Positions 1 through 9,337 are shown, numbered from the stretch's first letter. The stretch: DNA of 32,000 nt from Trichodesmium erythraeum IMS101 (GCF_000014265.1 NC_008312.1:1350001-1382000); one strand, 5' to 3'. Made by a program: numbers and translations. The notes: generated by a model from the sequence alone, not told the origin.

Positions 1-2
1 TA

Positions 3-455
3 GAAATATCTAGGATGTCAGGTCAAAAAACTATAGCTATCGTTATGAATGCTAAAAGTTTTTCTGAGGCCACTGATATTAACTATTATATCACTAATAG
101 AGAAGACAAATATGTAACTCCTGAGTGGATATATTCTACTTATTCTCAAAGAAATTGGGTGGAAGTTTTCTACAGGGAAGCCAAAGGATGGTTAGGATTA
201 AGAGAATATCAAGTCAGAGATAAAATCAGCCTTAAAAGGCATTTTATTTTAGTATTTTGTGCTTATACATTTATTATCTGGCATCAGTTAACAGGAGGTA
301 TAAGAAGGCGTTGGGCTAACAAACCATTAAATACGTTTACTGATACTTTAGAAGCATTTCGTACCGCAATATCTTATCGTTTTGTTGAGTGGTTAGATGA
401 AAACATCGACGTATTTACCGCTCATAAAGAGAGTTTAGGGTTTGTTTGGGCTTGA
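3..455 (+). CDS. DDE transposase, C-terminal part (IS4 superfamily, IS701-like); 5' end cut by the window edge
   Basis: The frame is open from the window start to TGA at 453-455. YSQRNWVEVFYREAK fits the IS4-type Y-x2-R-x3-E-x6-K catalytic signature exactly. It is followed by GWLGLREYQVRD...RHFILVFCAYTF, which is typical of IS701-like transposase C-termini. Confidence 0.7.
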   Translation, partial: EISRMSGQKTIAIVMNAKSFSEATDINYYITNREDKYVTPEWIYSTYSQRNWVEVFYREAKGWLGLREYQVRDKISLKRHFILVFCAYTFIIWHQLTGGIRRRWANKPLNTFTDTLEAFRTAISYRFVEWLDENIDVFTAHKESLGFVWA

Positions 456-472
456 AATTTGCTAAAGTCCCG

Positions 473-3400
473 TTAGGGATTTTTCATAGAAATTTGGGCT
501 GACAAGGTTTTATTGCGATATGCGCAATAGGAGTTTTTACTCACTTACTTCGGCTCAGTCAGATTAATTCATCTAAATCTCAAATATTGTCTGAGATAGT
601 TTGATTAGGGATTTTTCATAGAAATTTGGGCTGACAAGGTTTTATTGCGGTATGCGCAATAGGAGTTTTTACTCACTTACTTCGGCTGACAAGGTTTTAT
701 TGCGATATACGCAATAGGAATTTTTACTCACTTACTTCGACTCAGTCAGATTAATTCATCTAAATCTCAAATATTGTCTGAGATAGTTTGATTAGGGATT
801 TTTCATAGAAATTTGGGCTGACAAGGTTTTATTGCGGTATGCGCAATAGGAGTTTTTACTCACTTACTTCGGCTGACAAGGTTTTATTGCGATATACGCA
901 ATAGGAATTTTTACTCACTTACTTCGACTCAGTCAGATTAATTCATCTAAATCTCAAATATTGTCTGAGATAGTTTGATTAGGGATTTTTCATAGAAATT
1001 TGGGCTGACAAGGTTTTATTGCGATATGCGCAATAGGAGTTTTTACTCACTTACTTCGGCTGACAAGGTTTTATTGCGATATGCGCAATAGGAATTTTTA
1101 CTCACTTACTTCGGCTCAGTCAGATTAATTCATCTAAATCTCAAATATTGTCTGAGATAGTTTGATTAGGGATTTTTCATAGAAATTTGGGCTGACAAGG
1201 TTTTATTGCGATATGCGCAATAGGAGTTTTTACTCACTTACTTCGGCTGACAAGGTTTTATTGCGGTATGCGCAATAGGAGTTTTTACTCACTTACTTCG
1301 GCTCAGTCAGATTAATTCATCTAAATCTCAAATATTGTCTGAAATAGTTTGATTAGGGATTTTTCATAGAAATTTGTGCTGACAAGGTTTTATTGCGATA
1401 TGCGCAATAGGAGTTTTTACTCACTTACTTCGGCTGACAAGGTTTTATTGCGATATGCGCAATAGGAATTTTTACTCACTTACTTCGGCTCAGTCAGATT
1501 AATTCATCTAAATCTCAAATATTGTCTGAGATAGTTTGATTAGGGATTTTTCATAGAAATTTGGGCTGACAAGGTTTTATTGCGATATGCGCAATAGGAG
1601 TTTTTACTCACTTATTTCGGCTGACAAGGTTTTATTGCGATATGCGCAATAGAAGTTTTTACTCACTTACTTCGGCTCAGTCAGATTAATTCATCTAAAT
1701 CTCAAATATTGTCTGAGATAGTTTGATTAGGGATTTTTCATAGAAATTTGGGCTGACAAGGTTTTATTGCGATATGCGCAATAGGAGTTTTTACTCACTT
1801 ACTTCGGCTCAGTCAGATTAATTCATCTAAATCTCAAATATTGTCTGAGATAGTTTGATTAGGGATTTTTCATAGAAATTTGGGCTGACAAGGTTTTATT
1901 GCGATATGCGCAATAGGAGTTTTTACTCACTTATTTCGGCTGACAAGGTTTTATTGCGGTATGCGCAATAGGAGTTTTTACTCACTTATTTCGGCTCAGT
2001 CAGATTAATTCATCTAAATCTCAAATATTGTCTGAGATAGTTTGATTAGGGATTTTTCATAGAAATTTGGGCTGACAAGGTTTTATTGCGATATGCGCAA
2101 TAGGAGTTTTTACTCACTTATTTCGGCTGACAAGGTTTTATTGCGGTATGCGCAATAGAAGTTTTTACTCACTTACTTCGGCTCAGTCAGATTAATTCAT
2201 CTAAATCTCAAATATTGTCTGAGATAGTTTGATTAGGGATTTTTCATAGAAATTTGGGCTGACAAGGTTTTATTGCGGTATGCGCAATAGGAATTTTTAC
2301 TCACTTACTTCGGCTGACAAGGTTTTATTGCGATATGCGCAATAGGAGTTTTTACTCACTTATTTCGGCTCAGTCAGATTAATTCATCTAAATCTCAAAT
2401 ATTGTCTGAGATAGTTTGATTAGGGATTTTTCATAGAAATTTGGGCTGACAAGGTTTTATTGCGATATGCGCAATAGGAGTTTTTACTCACTTATTTGGG
2501 CTGACAAGGTTTTATTGCGATATGCGCAATAGGAGTTTTTACTCACTTACTTCGGCTCAGTCAGATTAATTCATCTAAATCTCAAATATTGTCTGAGATA
2601 GTTTGATTAGGGATTTTTCATAGAAATTTGGGCTGACAAGGTTTTATTGCGATATGCGCAATAGGAGTTTTTACTCACTTACTTCGGCTCAGTCAGATTA
2701 ATTCATCTAAATCTCAAATATTGTCTGAGATAGTTTGATTAGGGATTTTTCATAGAAATTTGGGCTGACAAGGTTTTATTGCGATATGCGCAATAGGAGT
2801 TTTTACTCACTTATTTCGGCTGACAAGGTTTTATTGCGGTATGCGCAATAGGAGTTTTTACTCACTTATTTCGGCTCAGTCAGATTAATTCATCTAAATC
2901 TCAAATATTGTCTGAGATAGTTTGATTAGGGATTTTTCATAGAAATTTGGGCTGACAAGGTTTTATTGCGATATGCGCAATAGGAGTTTTTACTCACTTA
3001 TTTTGGCTGACAAGGTTTTATTGCGGTATGCGCAATAGAAGTTTTTACTCACTTACTTCGGCTCAGTCAGATTAATTCATCTAAATCTCAAATATTGTCT
3101 GAGATAGTTTGATTAGGGATTTTTCATAGAAATTTGGGCTGACAAGGTTTTATTGCGGTATGCGCAATAGGAATTTTTACTCACTTATTTGGGCTGACAA
3201 GGTTTTATTGCGATATGCGCAATAGGAGTTTTTACTCACTTATTTCGGCTCAGTCAGATTAATTCATCTAAATCTCAAATATTGTCTGAGATAGTTTGAT
3301 TAGGGATTTTTCATAGAAATTTGGGCTGACAAGGTTTTATTGCGATATGCGCAATAGGAGTTTTTACTCACTTATTTGGGCTGACAAGGTTTTATTGCGA

Positions 3401-3866
3401 TATGCGCAATAGGAGTTTTTACTCACTTATTTCGGCTCAGTCAGATTAATTCATCTAAATCTCAAATATTGTCTGAGATAGTTTGATTAGGGATTTTTCA
3501 TAGAAATTTGGGCTGACAAGGTTTTATTGCGATATGCGCAATAGGAGTTTTTACTCACTTATTTGGGCTGACAAGGTTTTATTGCGATATGCGCAATAGG
3601 AGTTTTTACTCACTTATTTCGGCTCAGTCAGATTAATTCATCTAAATCTCAAATATTGTCTGAGATAGTTTGATTAGGGATTTTTCATAGAAATTTGGGC
3701 TGACAAGGTTTTATTGCGATATGCGCAATAGGAGTTTTTACTCACTTACTTCGGCTGACAAGGTTTTATTGCGGTATGCGCAATAGGAGTTTTTACTCAC
3801 TTACTTCGGCTGACAAAGTTTTATTGCGGTATGCGCAATAGGAATTTTTACTCACTTACTTCGGCT
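473..3866. repeat. Hierarchical non-coding tandem array: 55-bp hairpin unit A (36 copies) and 77-bp unit B (18 full + 1 partial), arranged as 187-bp B-A-A or 132-bp B-A higher-order units, with an 880-bp super-repeat
   Basis: The motif ctcagtcag recurs at 554, 741, 928, 1115, 1302, 1489, 1676, 1808, 1995, 2182, 2369, 2556, 2688, 2875, 3062, 3249, 3436 and 3623. That gives 15 intervals of 187 and 2 of 132. The array ends with A-A-A at 3699-3863. The track shows no ORF of 60 aa or more between 455 and 4217. Each A carries TATTGCG-N5-CGCAATA and each B carries ATCTCA-N9-TGAGAT. Confidence 0.97.
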
Positions 3867-3914
3867 AAAATGGATTTAAGAGTAAGATATTGTCAATTTG
3901 TTAATTTTTAAACT

Positions 3915-3957
3915 TAATACCTAACACCTAACACCTGACATCTGACACCTGACACCT
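3915..3957 (+). repeat. Heptanucleotide tandem repeat (TAAYACC/TGACAYC, about 6 copies), STRR-like
   Basis: Direct reading gives taatacc taacacc taacacc tgacatc tgacacc tgacacc. Heptamer STRR-type repeats are a known feature of filamentous cyanobacteria. Confidence 0.85.
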
Positions 3958-4216
3958 CAAAAATTTATCAATTATCAAATAACTTTAATATTATGGAATT
4001 TTAAACAACCATCTTGAAGTTAATTTAAAGACTATCAAAATTACTAATTTGAGGTATCTTTGAAAATTTAAAGTCAGATTAGAGATGTATTACTGTTGTG
4101 CTTTGCAACAAAGTTCTATCCTTTTACAATTATGAGCAATAATCAGAAAAAAATCCTGGACTAAATTCGCTGGTTTACTAGGTGGAGTTGCTGGTGTATT
4201 TGGTGGAGTTGCTGCT

Positions 4217-4837
4217 TTGATTACAGCTATTACTCCTTTTATTAAGTCTGAATCAGAACCATCAACGACACCGATACCTACTCCATCCTCGATGGTTAAG
4301 GAAGTGTCTTCTTTAGAATCTAGAATTAGATTCTTTTGTGGAACTGGTGAGTATCGAGGTAAGAATATTCCGGCAATAATTGTAGAAAATACTCAATTAA
4401 ATGAAGAAATAATTGTTATTTTATGGAAGTTAGACAATTATTATTTTGGTAAAAAGTATCCACCAAAAAAGCGATGCGAAATGGTGTCCCAACGGTTCCA
4501 GAATATATATGATAGAGGCGGGTTAAAATATATTGTTCCTACCTTAGAAACTTGGGTTCCTAATCAGGAAATTCCGGTAGTATGTGGAGTTAAGCAAATA
4601 ATGACTTCTTGTAATAATGAGGATTTACTTTTCACTTTGCAGTCAAATGATGATCCAAATTTAGTGGTGCAAGATTTGATGAACTGCCGGAATTTTCCTC
4701 GTAAAAATCCGCCAATATTAAGAGGGGAAGAACCTCCTAATACTTTTGCTGAAGGTAAACGAGTTTATTACGATTTTTCTAATGTTTTGAATAGGTGGCA
4801 ACTAGAGGAATATTCTCAAGAAAAGCCTGCATTTTAA
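4217..4837 (+). CDS. COP23 (circadian oscillating protein 23) domain protein; true 5' end uncertain
   Basis: RFFCGTGEYRGKNIPAIIVEN...ILWKLDNYYFGKKYPPKKRCEMVSQRFQNIYDRGGLKYIV...PVVCG matches my memory of the COP23 family pattern (FFCG...W...RC..VS.RF...G.L). The track start is a TTG. The frame is open back to 4136, and an ATG at 4132 lies one frame off across an A7 run. Confidence 0.7.
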   Translation: MITAITPFIKSESEPSTTPIPTPSSMVKEVSSLESRIRFFCGTGEYRGKNIPAIIVENTQLNEEIIVILWKLDNYYFGKKYPPKKRCEMVSQRFQNIYDRGGLKYIVPTLETWVPNQEIPVVCGVKQIMTSCNNEDLLFTLQSNDDPNLVVQDLMNCRNFPRKNPPILRGEEPPNTFAEGKRVYYDFSNVLNRWQLEEYSQEKPAF

Positions 4838-4847
4838 AGTTTAATTC

Positions 4848-5109
4848 CATATACTGTCTGAAATAGTTTTATTGCGGATGTCGCCATAAAAATTTTTACT
4901 TATAAGGTTTTATTGCGTATGCCGCAATAGGAATTTTTGCTTGTTTCCAGAGGCTCAATCAGTTTAATTTCATCTAAATATCTAGATATTATCTGAAATA
5001 GTTTTATTGCGGATGTTGCAATAAAATTTTTACTTACAAGATTTTATTGTGTATACCATAATAGGAATTTTGACTTACTTCCAGAGGCTCAATTTTGTAG
5101 AAGTCTATT
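4848..5109 (+). repeat. Diverged mini-array of the same repeat family (two units of about 135 bp, four hairpin modules)
   Basis: The motifs are tgtctgaaatagtttt / ttattgcggatgtcgccata / ttattgcgtatgccgcaataggaattttt / gctcaatcagtttaatttcatctaaat..., repeated with gctcaat at 4952 and 5087. They are homologous to the A and B units of the 473-3866 array. Confidence 0.85.
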
Positions 5110-5186
5110 TCAGAAACCCTAATAACTTATATTGTGTTCAGCTATATTCTGATCAATTATCTTTTCAATTTAAAGGAGTGTTAATT

Positions 5187-5828
5187 ATGAAGCTTTATCA
5201 GTTAACAACAACAGCAATAATTACTTTAGTTTCTATTATTAGTAATCCTCTAGAAAGTTTTAGTCAAAAGAAGTTTTTTATTCCTCCAGCTTTAGGGCAA
5301 GATTCGTGGGTTAATTCTCCTACCCGAATAGAAATCACAAAAAAAACATCATTACAAGAAATTAACTATAAATTAATAGAAATAGATACTATGAGAAAAT
5401 ATAACGCGCCTGTATCCGAAGCAGATAAAAAAGCTATTATAGAAGACTTAGAAAAAATTGAAGCCCTGAGAAAAAGTCGTAATTTAATTATTAATTATAT
5501 ATGTTCAGGCTATAATATTGCTGAAGCTTGGGAAAAGGCAGTTAAAGCTTGTGAAAGAAGCTTAAGAAAGGGAGATGATCCAGATATATTTCACCCAATA
5601 CATGAAGCTTACTTTGGTGCCAAAAAATACAACAAAGCAATTAATTCTCTGAAACAGTCTCTAAATAGTGATAATAATAATTATCCTTTTGTCTCATATC
5701 AAAAACTAGGATTAATGTATTTTAAATTAGGCGATTATCCTGAAGCAATTAGGCAATATCAAAAAGCAGTAGAATCAATAAAAAAATCCTATGAAGGATA
5801 TAATTGTGAAGCTTGCATTCATGATTAA
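5187..5828 (+). CDS. Signal-peptide TPR protein; probably the N-terminal part of an interrupted TPR-CHAT gene
   Basis: AAAGGAG at 5172-5178 lies 8 nt before ATG 5187. MKLYQLTTTAIITLVSIISNPLESFSQ looks like a signal peptide. TPR-like helices follow (YQKLGLMYFKLGDYPEAIRQYQKAVE). The ORF ends at TAA 5826-5828, in the same frame as the next ORF. The track start at 5049 lies inside repeat units. Confidence 0.7.
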   Translation: MKLYQLTTTAIITLVSIISNPLESFSQKKFFIPPALGQDSWVNSPTRIEITKKTSLQEINYKLIEIDTMRKYNAPVSEADKKAIIEDLEKIEALRKSRNLIINYICSGYNIAEAWEKAVKACERSLRKGDDPDIFHPIHEAYFGAKKYNKAINSLKQSLNSDNNNYPFVSYQKLGLMYFKLGDYPEAIRQYQKAVESIKKSYEGYNCEACIHD

Positions 5829-5924
5829 TTTGCTTCTAATCTTTCTTTAATTCAGTCACATTTTGGATTTTCATTACTCCAAAATGGTAAAATAGATGAA
5901 GCTGAGAAAAAGTTTTTAGAGGCT

Positions 5925-7523
5925 ATGAAAAATGATTATAAATCATGGAATCATACAATCGCAAACCTACTCGAAAAAAGTGAAAAATTTGAATTATATG
6001 GTGGTTTCGACTTTCAAGGCTTTTTAGTAGGAGAAACTGGAATATTTACTCATGGATTAACAGAATTGCGAATTAAACAAGGAAAATATACAGAAGCTTT
6101 AGAATTTGCTGAATATGGTCGTACTCGCATACTGTCTTATCTAATCAATAAAAATAAAGAATCATCTATTAATATTGATAAAATTCAAGCCATTGCCAAA
6201 CAGCAAAATGCAACATTAGTTAAGTATTCCATGCCAACAAGTATTAATTATCCTGGCATGAAAAAAACCTACAAACCACAACTTTATATCTGGGTAGTTC
6301 AACCAACAGGAAAAGTTGATTTTGCCAATATAAATCTCAGTTTAGTTAACTCTAAATATAATAGCCTTTTAGCCAATAACAAATCACTAACTCCAGAGAA
6401 AAAATCCAACTCATTCCCTAACCTCATCCCCTTTATTCCCCTACTAATTTTTATTTTCGGAATTTCCCTCAGCCTAAAATTACCAGAGCAACGAAAACTT
6501 ATTTTAATCAGTAGTTATTTCATCATATTTGTAACTACTATTCCCATCATAAATAATCAAACCACCAATTCCAGTAATCAAAACTCAGATCAATCATCAG
6601 CAATTTCCTTAGCTAATATTTCTAGAAATACATTTGTCGAAGTCAGAGGAAATACAAGAAACAATTTATCTGAACCTGTAAAAAAAGGGAACTGTCAAAA
6701 TCAAGATGATTGTTTAAAGCAAATGCACAAAATTTTGATAGAACCCATTGCCAAACTATTACCTAAAAACCCAGAACAAGAAGTAATTATTATTCCCGAC
6801 GGCGAACTATTTCGAGTTCCCTTCGCCGCCCTCAAAGGAAGTGATAATCAATATCTAATTCAAAAACATACCCTGCGAGTATCTCCCTCCATCCAACTTT
6901 TGCAATTCACTCAACAACAAAAAGCTCAAAAAGCTCCAAACTTATTCAATCAAAACTTAGTAGTAGGTAATCCAGTAATGCCCATAGACCACAATGGTCA
7001 ACAACTCAAAGCTTTACCAAATGCCGAAAAAGAAGCATCGGCGATCGCTCAACTATTAAACACTATTCCCATCACAGGTATAAGAGCAACAAAATCCAGA
7101 ATTATCAGACAAATGCCCAATGCTAACATCATCCATCTAGCTACTCATGGAGATCCATCTCGTTTAGCTTTTACCCCTTCAGAACAAGAACAAGGTTTTT
7201 TAGGAGAAGGGGAAATTTATAAATTCAACTTAACAGCAGACTTAGTTGTGTTAAGTGCTTGCGAAACTGGGTTAGGAGAAATTACCAGTGATGGAATAGT
7301 AGGTCTTGCCCGTCCTTTTATTGGAGCAGGAGTTCCCAGCATAGTTGCTTCTTTATGGCAAGTTCCTGATGCAACAACTTCCGAATTAATGATAGACTTC
7401 TATAAAAATCTGAAAGCCAAACAAAACAAAGCTCAAGCTCTCCGACAAGCAATGTTAACCACCATGAAAAAACATCCCGAACCTGTGAACTGGGCAGGAT
7501 TTTTCCTCGTCGGCGAATCATAA
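5925..7523 (+). CDS. CHAT-domain (caspase-like) protein with two central hydrophobic helices; the frame is open from 5829, directly after the upstream TAA
   Basis: The C-terminus has the CHAT His/Cys dyad context IIHLATHG ... LVVLSACETGLG ... VASLWQVPD ... WAGFFLVGES. Codons 5829-5924 translate to FASNLSLIQSHFGFSLLQNGKIDEAEKKFLEA, a further TPR-like repeat. Confidence 0.85.
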   Translation: MKNDYKSWNHTIANLLEKSEKFELYGGFDFQGFLVGETGIFTHGLTELRIKQGKYTEALEFAEYGRTRILSYLINKNKESSINIDKIQAIAKQQNATLVKYSMPTSINYPGMKKTYKPQLYIWVVQPTGKVDFANINLSLVNSKYNSLLANNKSLTPEKKSNSFPNLIPFIPLLIFIFGISLSLKLPEQRKLILISSYFIIFVTTIPIINNQTTNSSNQNSDQSSAISLANISRNTFVEVRGNTRNNLSEPVKKGNCQNQDDCLKQMHKILIEPIAKLLPKNPEQEVIIIPDGELFRVPFAALKGSDNQYLIQKHTLRVSPSIQLLQFTQQQKAQKAPNLFNQNLVVGNPVMPIDHNGQQLKALPNAEKEASAIAQLLNTIPITGIRATKSRIIRQMPNANIIHLATHGDPSRLAFTPSEQEQGFLGEGEIYKFNLTADLVVLSACETGLGEITSDGIVGLARPFIGAGVPSIVASLWQVPDATTSELMIDFYKNLKAKQNKAQALRQAMLTTMKKHPEPVNWAGFFLVGES

Positions 7524-7744
7524 GCAAATTTTACCAAAAAATTGGGTTTAAAACCTCCCCCATAAGCGGGCGACCTTCCATGTTATAATAAAAATATTTT
7601 GAATACCCGCCTTGTCTCATAAATACTGTAGAAAAGAAAATATAGTCAAAACTCCGCCCATTAAGAGATGAATTTCTAAATCTGAAAGCTTTCAAAGCAG
7701 CCTTAGAATTTTTAAAATATGAAGACTAAAAAAGTTAAAACATT

Positions 7745-7805
7745 TGACTGTTGACTTCTTACTTCTTACTTCGGCTTTGTTGCATCAAAGTGGTAGAAGT
7801 CTATT
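7745..7805 (+). repeat. Remnant of the array repeat family downstream of the CHAT gene
   Basis: ttgacttcttacttcttacttcggct...gtagaagtctatt parallels ttgacttacttccagaggct...gtagaagtctatt at 5070-5109 and the A-unit 3' end ctcacttacttcggct. Confidence 0.55.
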
Positions 7806-7897
7806 AAATCAGGATTTATCAATAAATGTCACTAATCCTAAAGTCTTGTAATGCAAGGATTCCAGAATATTCTTACAACAAAGCCATTACTAACTAT

Positions 7898-9337
7898 TTA
7901 CTGAATTAACTTTTCCCAAGCTTGCCATAAAATCTCCACAGCCTCTGCCGGACTATTAGACAAAAATTGCCTTGCCTTCTGCAAACACATTTGTGCTTTT
8001 TGTTCATCTCCAGACTTCCTAATTGCCAAACTTAACCACAACCAAACCATGGGTTGCTCCGACTGAATATCCAAAGACTTAAAATAACATTCCACAGATT
8101 TTTCATACCTATTAGATTGATAAAACAAAACACCTAAATTCCGCCACCCTTGCCAATGATTTGGTTGTAACTTCACCGTTTTTTTATAACAAAAAATAGC
8201 TGAATTATAACGTTTCAACTGATAACAAACCTCAGCCTTCTTATACCAAGCATCATAATTATTAGGTCGAATATTAATAGCCCGGTCATAAGCAGCGATC
8301 GCCTCCTCAGTCTTCCCAAACTCCTGCATAATTCGACCCTTAATAATCTGGGGAATTCCCCCCAACATTTTTGTTAACAAAGAAGGATTATTACCACCCA
8401 TTTGAGAAACAGAATCAGCAAAACTTTTCTGATATTTGATAGACTCTAATTCTTTTAAAACCTGTTCTACAAACTGATACCTTTCATTAATATTCGGAGC
8501 CAAAAGCTGATCAATAACTCTCCCCAAATCTTCACTAATATTAGACTGTAAATATTGTCGCCAAACCCATTGTCCCTCAAGCACATCAAACAACTCAAAA
8601 GGCGCAACTTGAGTCAACAAATATATACAAGTAACCCCCAAACTATAAAAGTCACTAGCAGGAGCAGCCTTTCCCGCCAACTGTTCTGGGGCCACATATC
8701 CCGCACTACCAATCATCGTTCCAGTTTTACCCAAAGAAGAATTCGTAATTACCTTACTCGCCCCAAAATCAACCAACACCAACTGGCCCTTATTTTCCCC
8801 TCCACCATCAGGAAGGGTAATAGAATTGCGCCGAATAATATTTTCTGGCTTAATATCCCGATGAATCACCTGGCGTTCGTGGACAAACTCCAACACAGAC
8901 AACAAATCCCAAAGTAACTCCTGAATTTGATTTTCCGTAAAAGTCCCATTAGCAACCAATTCTTGCTCTAAATTTTGCCCGTCAATAAATTCTTGGACTA
9001 AATATTGTTGTTCCCCCTGTTGAAAATGAGCCATTAATTCAGGAATTTGGGGATGTTGACCCAACTCATCAAGTCTTATAGCTTCCCGACGAAACAACTC
9101 AGCAGCTTTTAGAGCATTAGCACTATTTTGGGGAAAAAATTGTTTAATTACGCACCTGGGCAAAGAAGGTTTATACTCATCCACAGCCAAAAAAGTTTTA
9201 CCAAAGCTACCTTGACCAATAGGTTTAATAGCACGGTAGCGATCGCCCAAGAGCAACTTAGCTCCACAGCTTTGGCAAAATGTATTTCCAGATGGATTAT
9301 ATGGCTTTCGGCATTCAGAGTTGAGGCAGTAACTCAT
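7898..9337 (-). CDS. Ser/Thr protein kinase with N-terminal four-Cys zinc-ribbon prefix and C-terminal TPR repeats
   Basis: CLNSEC...CQSCG occurs at the N-terminus. The kinase motifs are GQGSFGKT, VIHRDIKPENI, VDFG and GYVAPE. C-terminal TPR-like repeats are present (EEAIAAYDRAINIRPNNYDAWYKKAEVCYQLKRYNSAIFCYKKTVKLQPN). Confidence 0.92.
   Translation of the reverse strand: MSYCLNSECRKPYNPSGNTFCQSCGAKLLLGDRYRAIKPIGQGSFGKTFLAVDEYKPSLPRCVIKQFFPQNSANALKAAELFRREAIRLDELGQHPQIPELMAHFQQGEQQYLVQEFIDGQNLEQELVANGTFTENQIQELLWDLLSVLEFVHERQVIHRDIKPENIIRRNSITLPDGGGENKGQLVLVDFGASKVITNSSLGKTGTMIGSAGYVAPEQLAGKAAPASDFYSLGVTCIYLLTQVAPFELFDVLEGQWVWRQYLQSNISEDLGRVIDQLLAPNINERYQFVEQVLKELESIKYQKSFADSVSQMGGNNPSLLTKMLGGIPQIIKGRIMQEFGKTEEAIAAYDRAINIRPNNYDAWYKKAEVCYQLKRYNSAIFCYKKTVKLQPNHWQGWRNLGVLFYQSNRYEKSVECYFKSLDIQSEQPMVWLWLSLAIRKSGDEQKAQMCLQKARQFLSNSPAEAVEILWQAWEKLIQ

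Noticed and set aside
473-3866. Is the tandem array a CRISPR array?
   Set aside because: There are no unique spacers. The sequence between the palindromic 55-bp units is itself a repeated 77-bp unit, the periodicity is 187/132 bp, and no cas genes are in the window.
5049-5186. N-terminal 46 codons of the track ORF 5049-5828
   Set aside because: This stretch lies inside the diverged repeat units (4848-5109). A good AAAGGAG-N8-ATG at 5187 starts a typical signal peptide, so the extension is probably not translated.
7783-7886. 10-bp perfect inverted repeat ggctttgttg / caacaaagcc flanking an inner aggatt/aatcct stem, between the convergent CHAT and kinase genes, as a special element
   Set aside because: It is most simply a bidirectional terminator or structured spacer between convergent genes, and it partly overlaps the repeat-family remnant. 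There is not enough to claim more.
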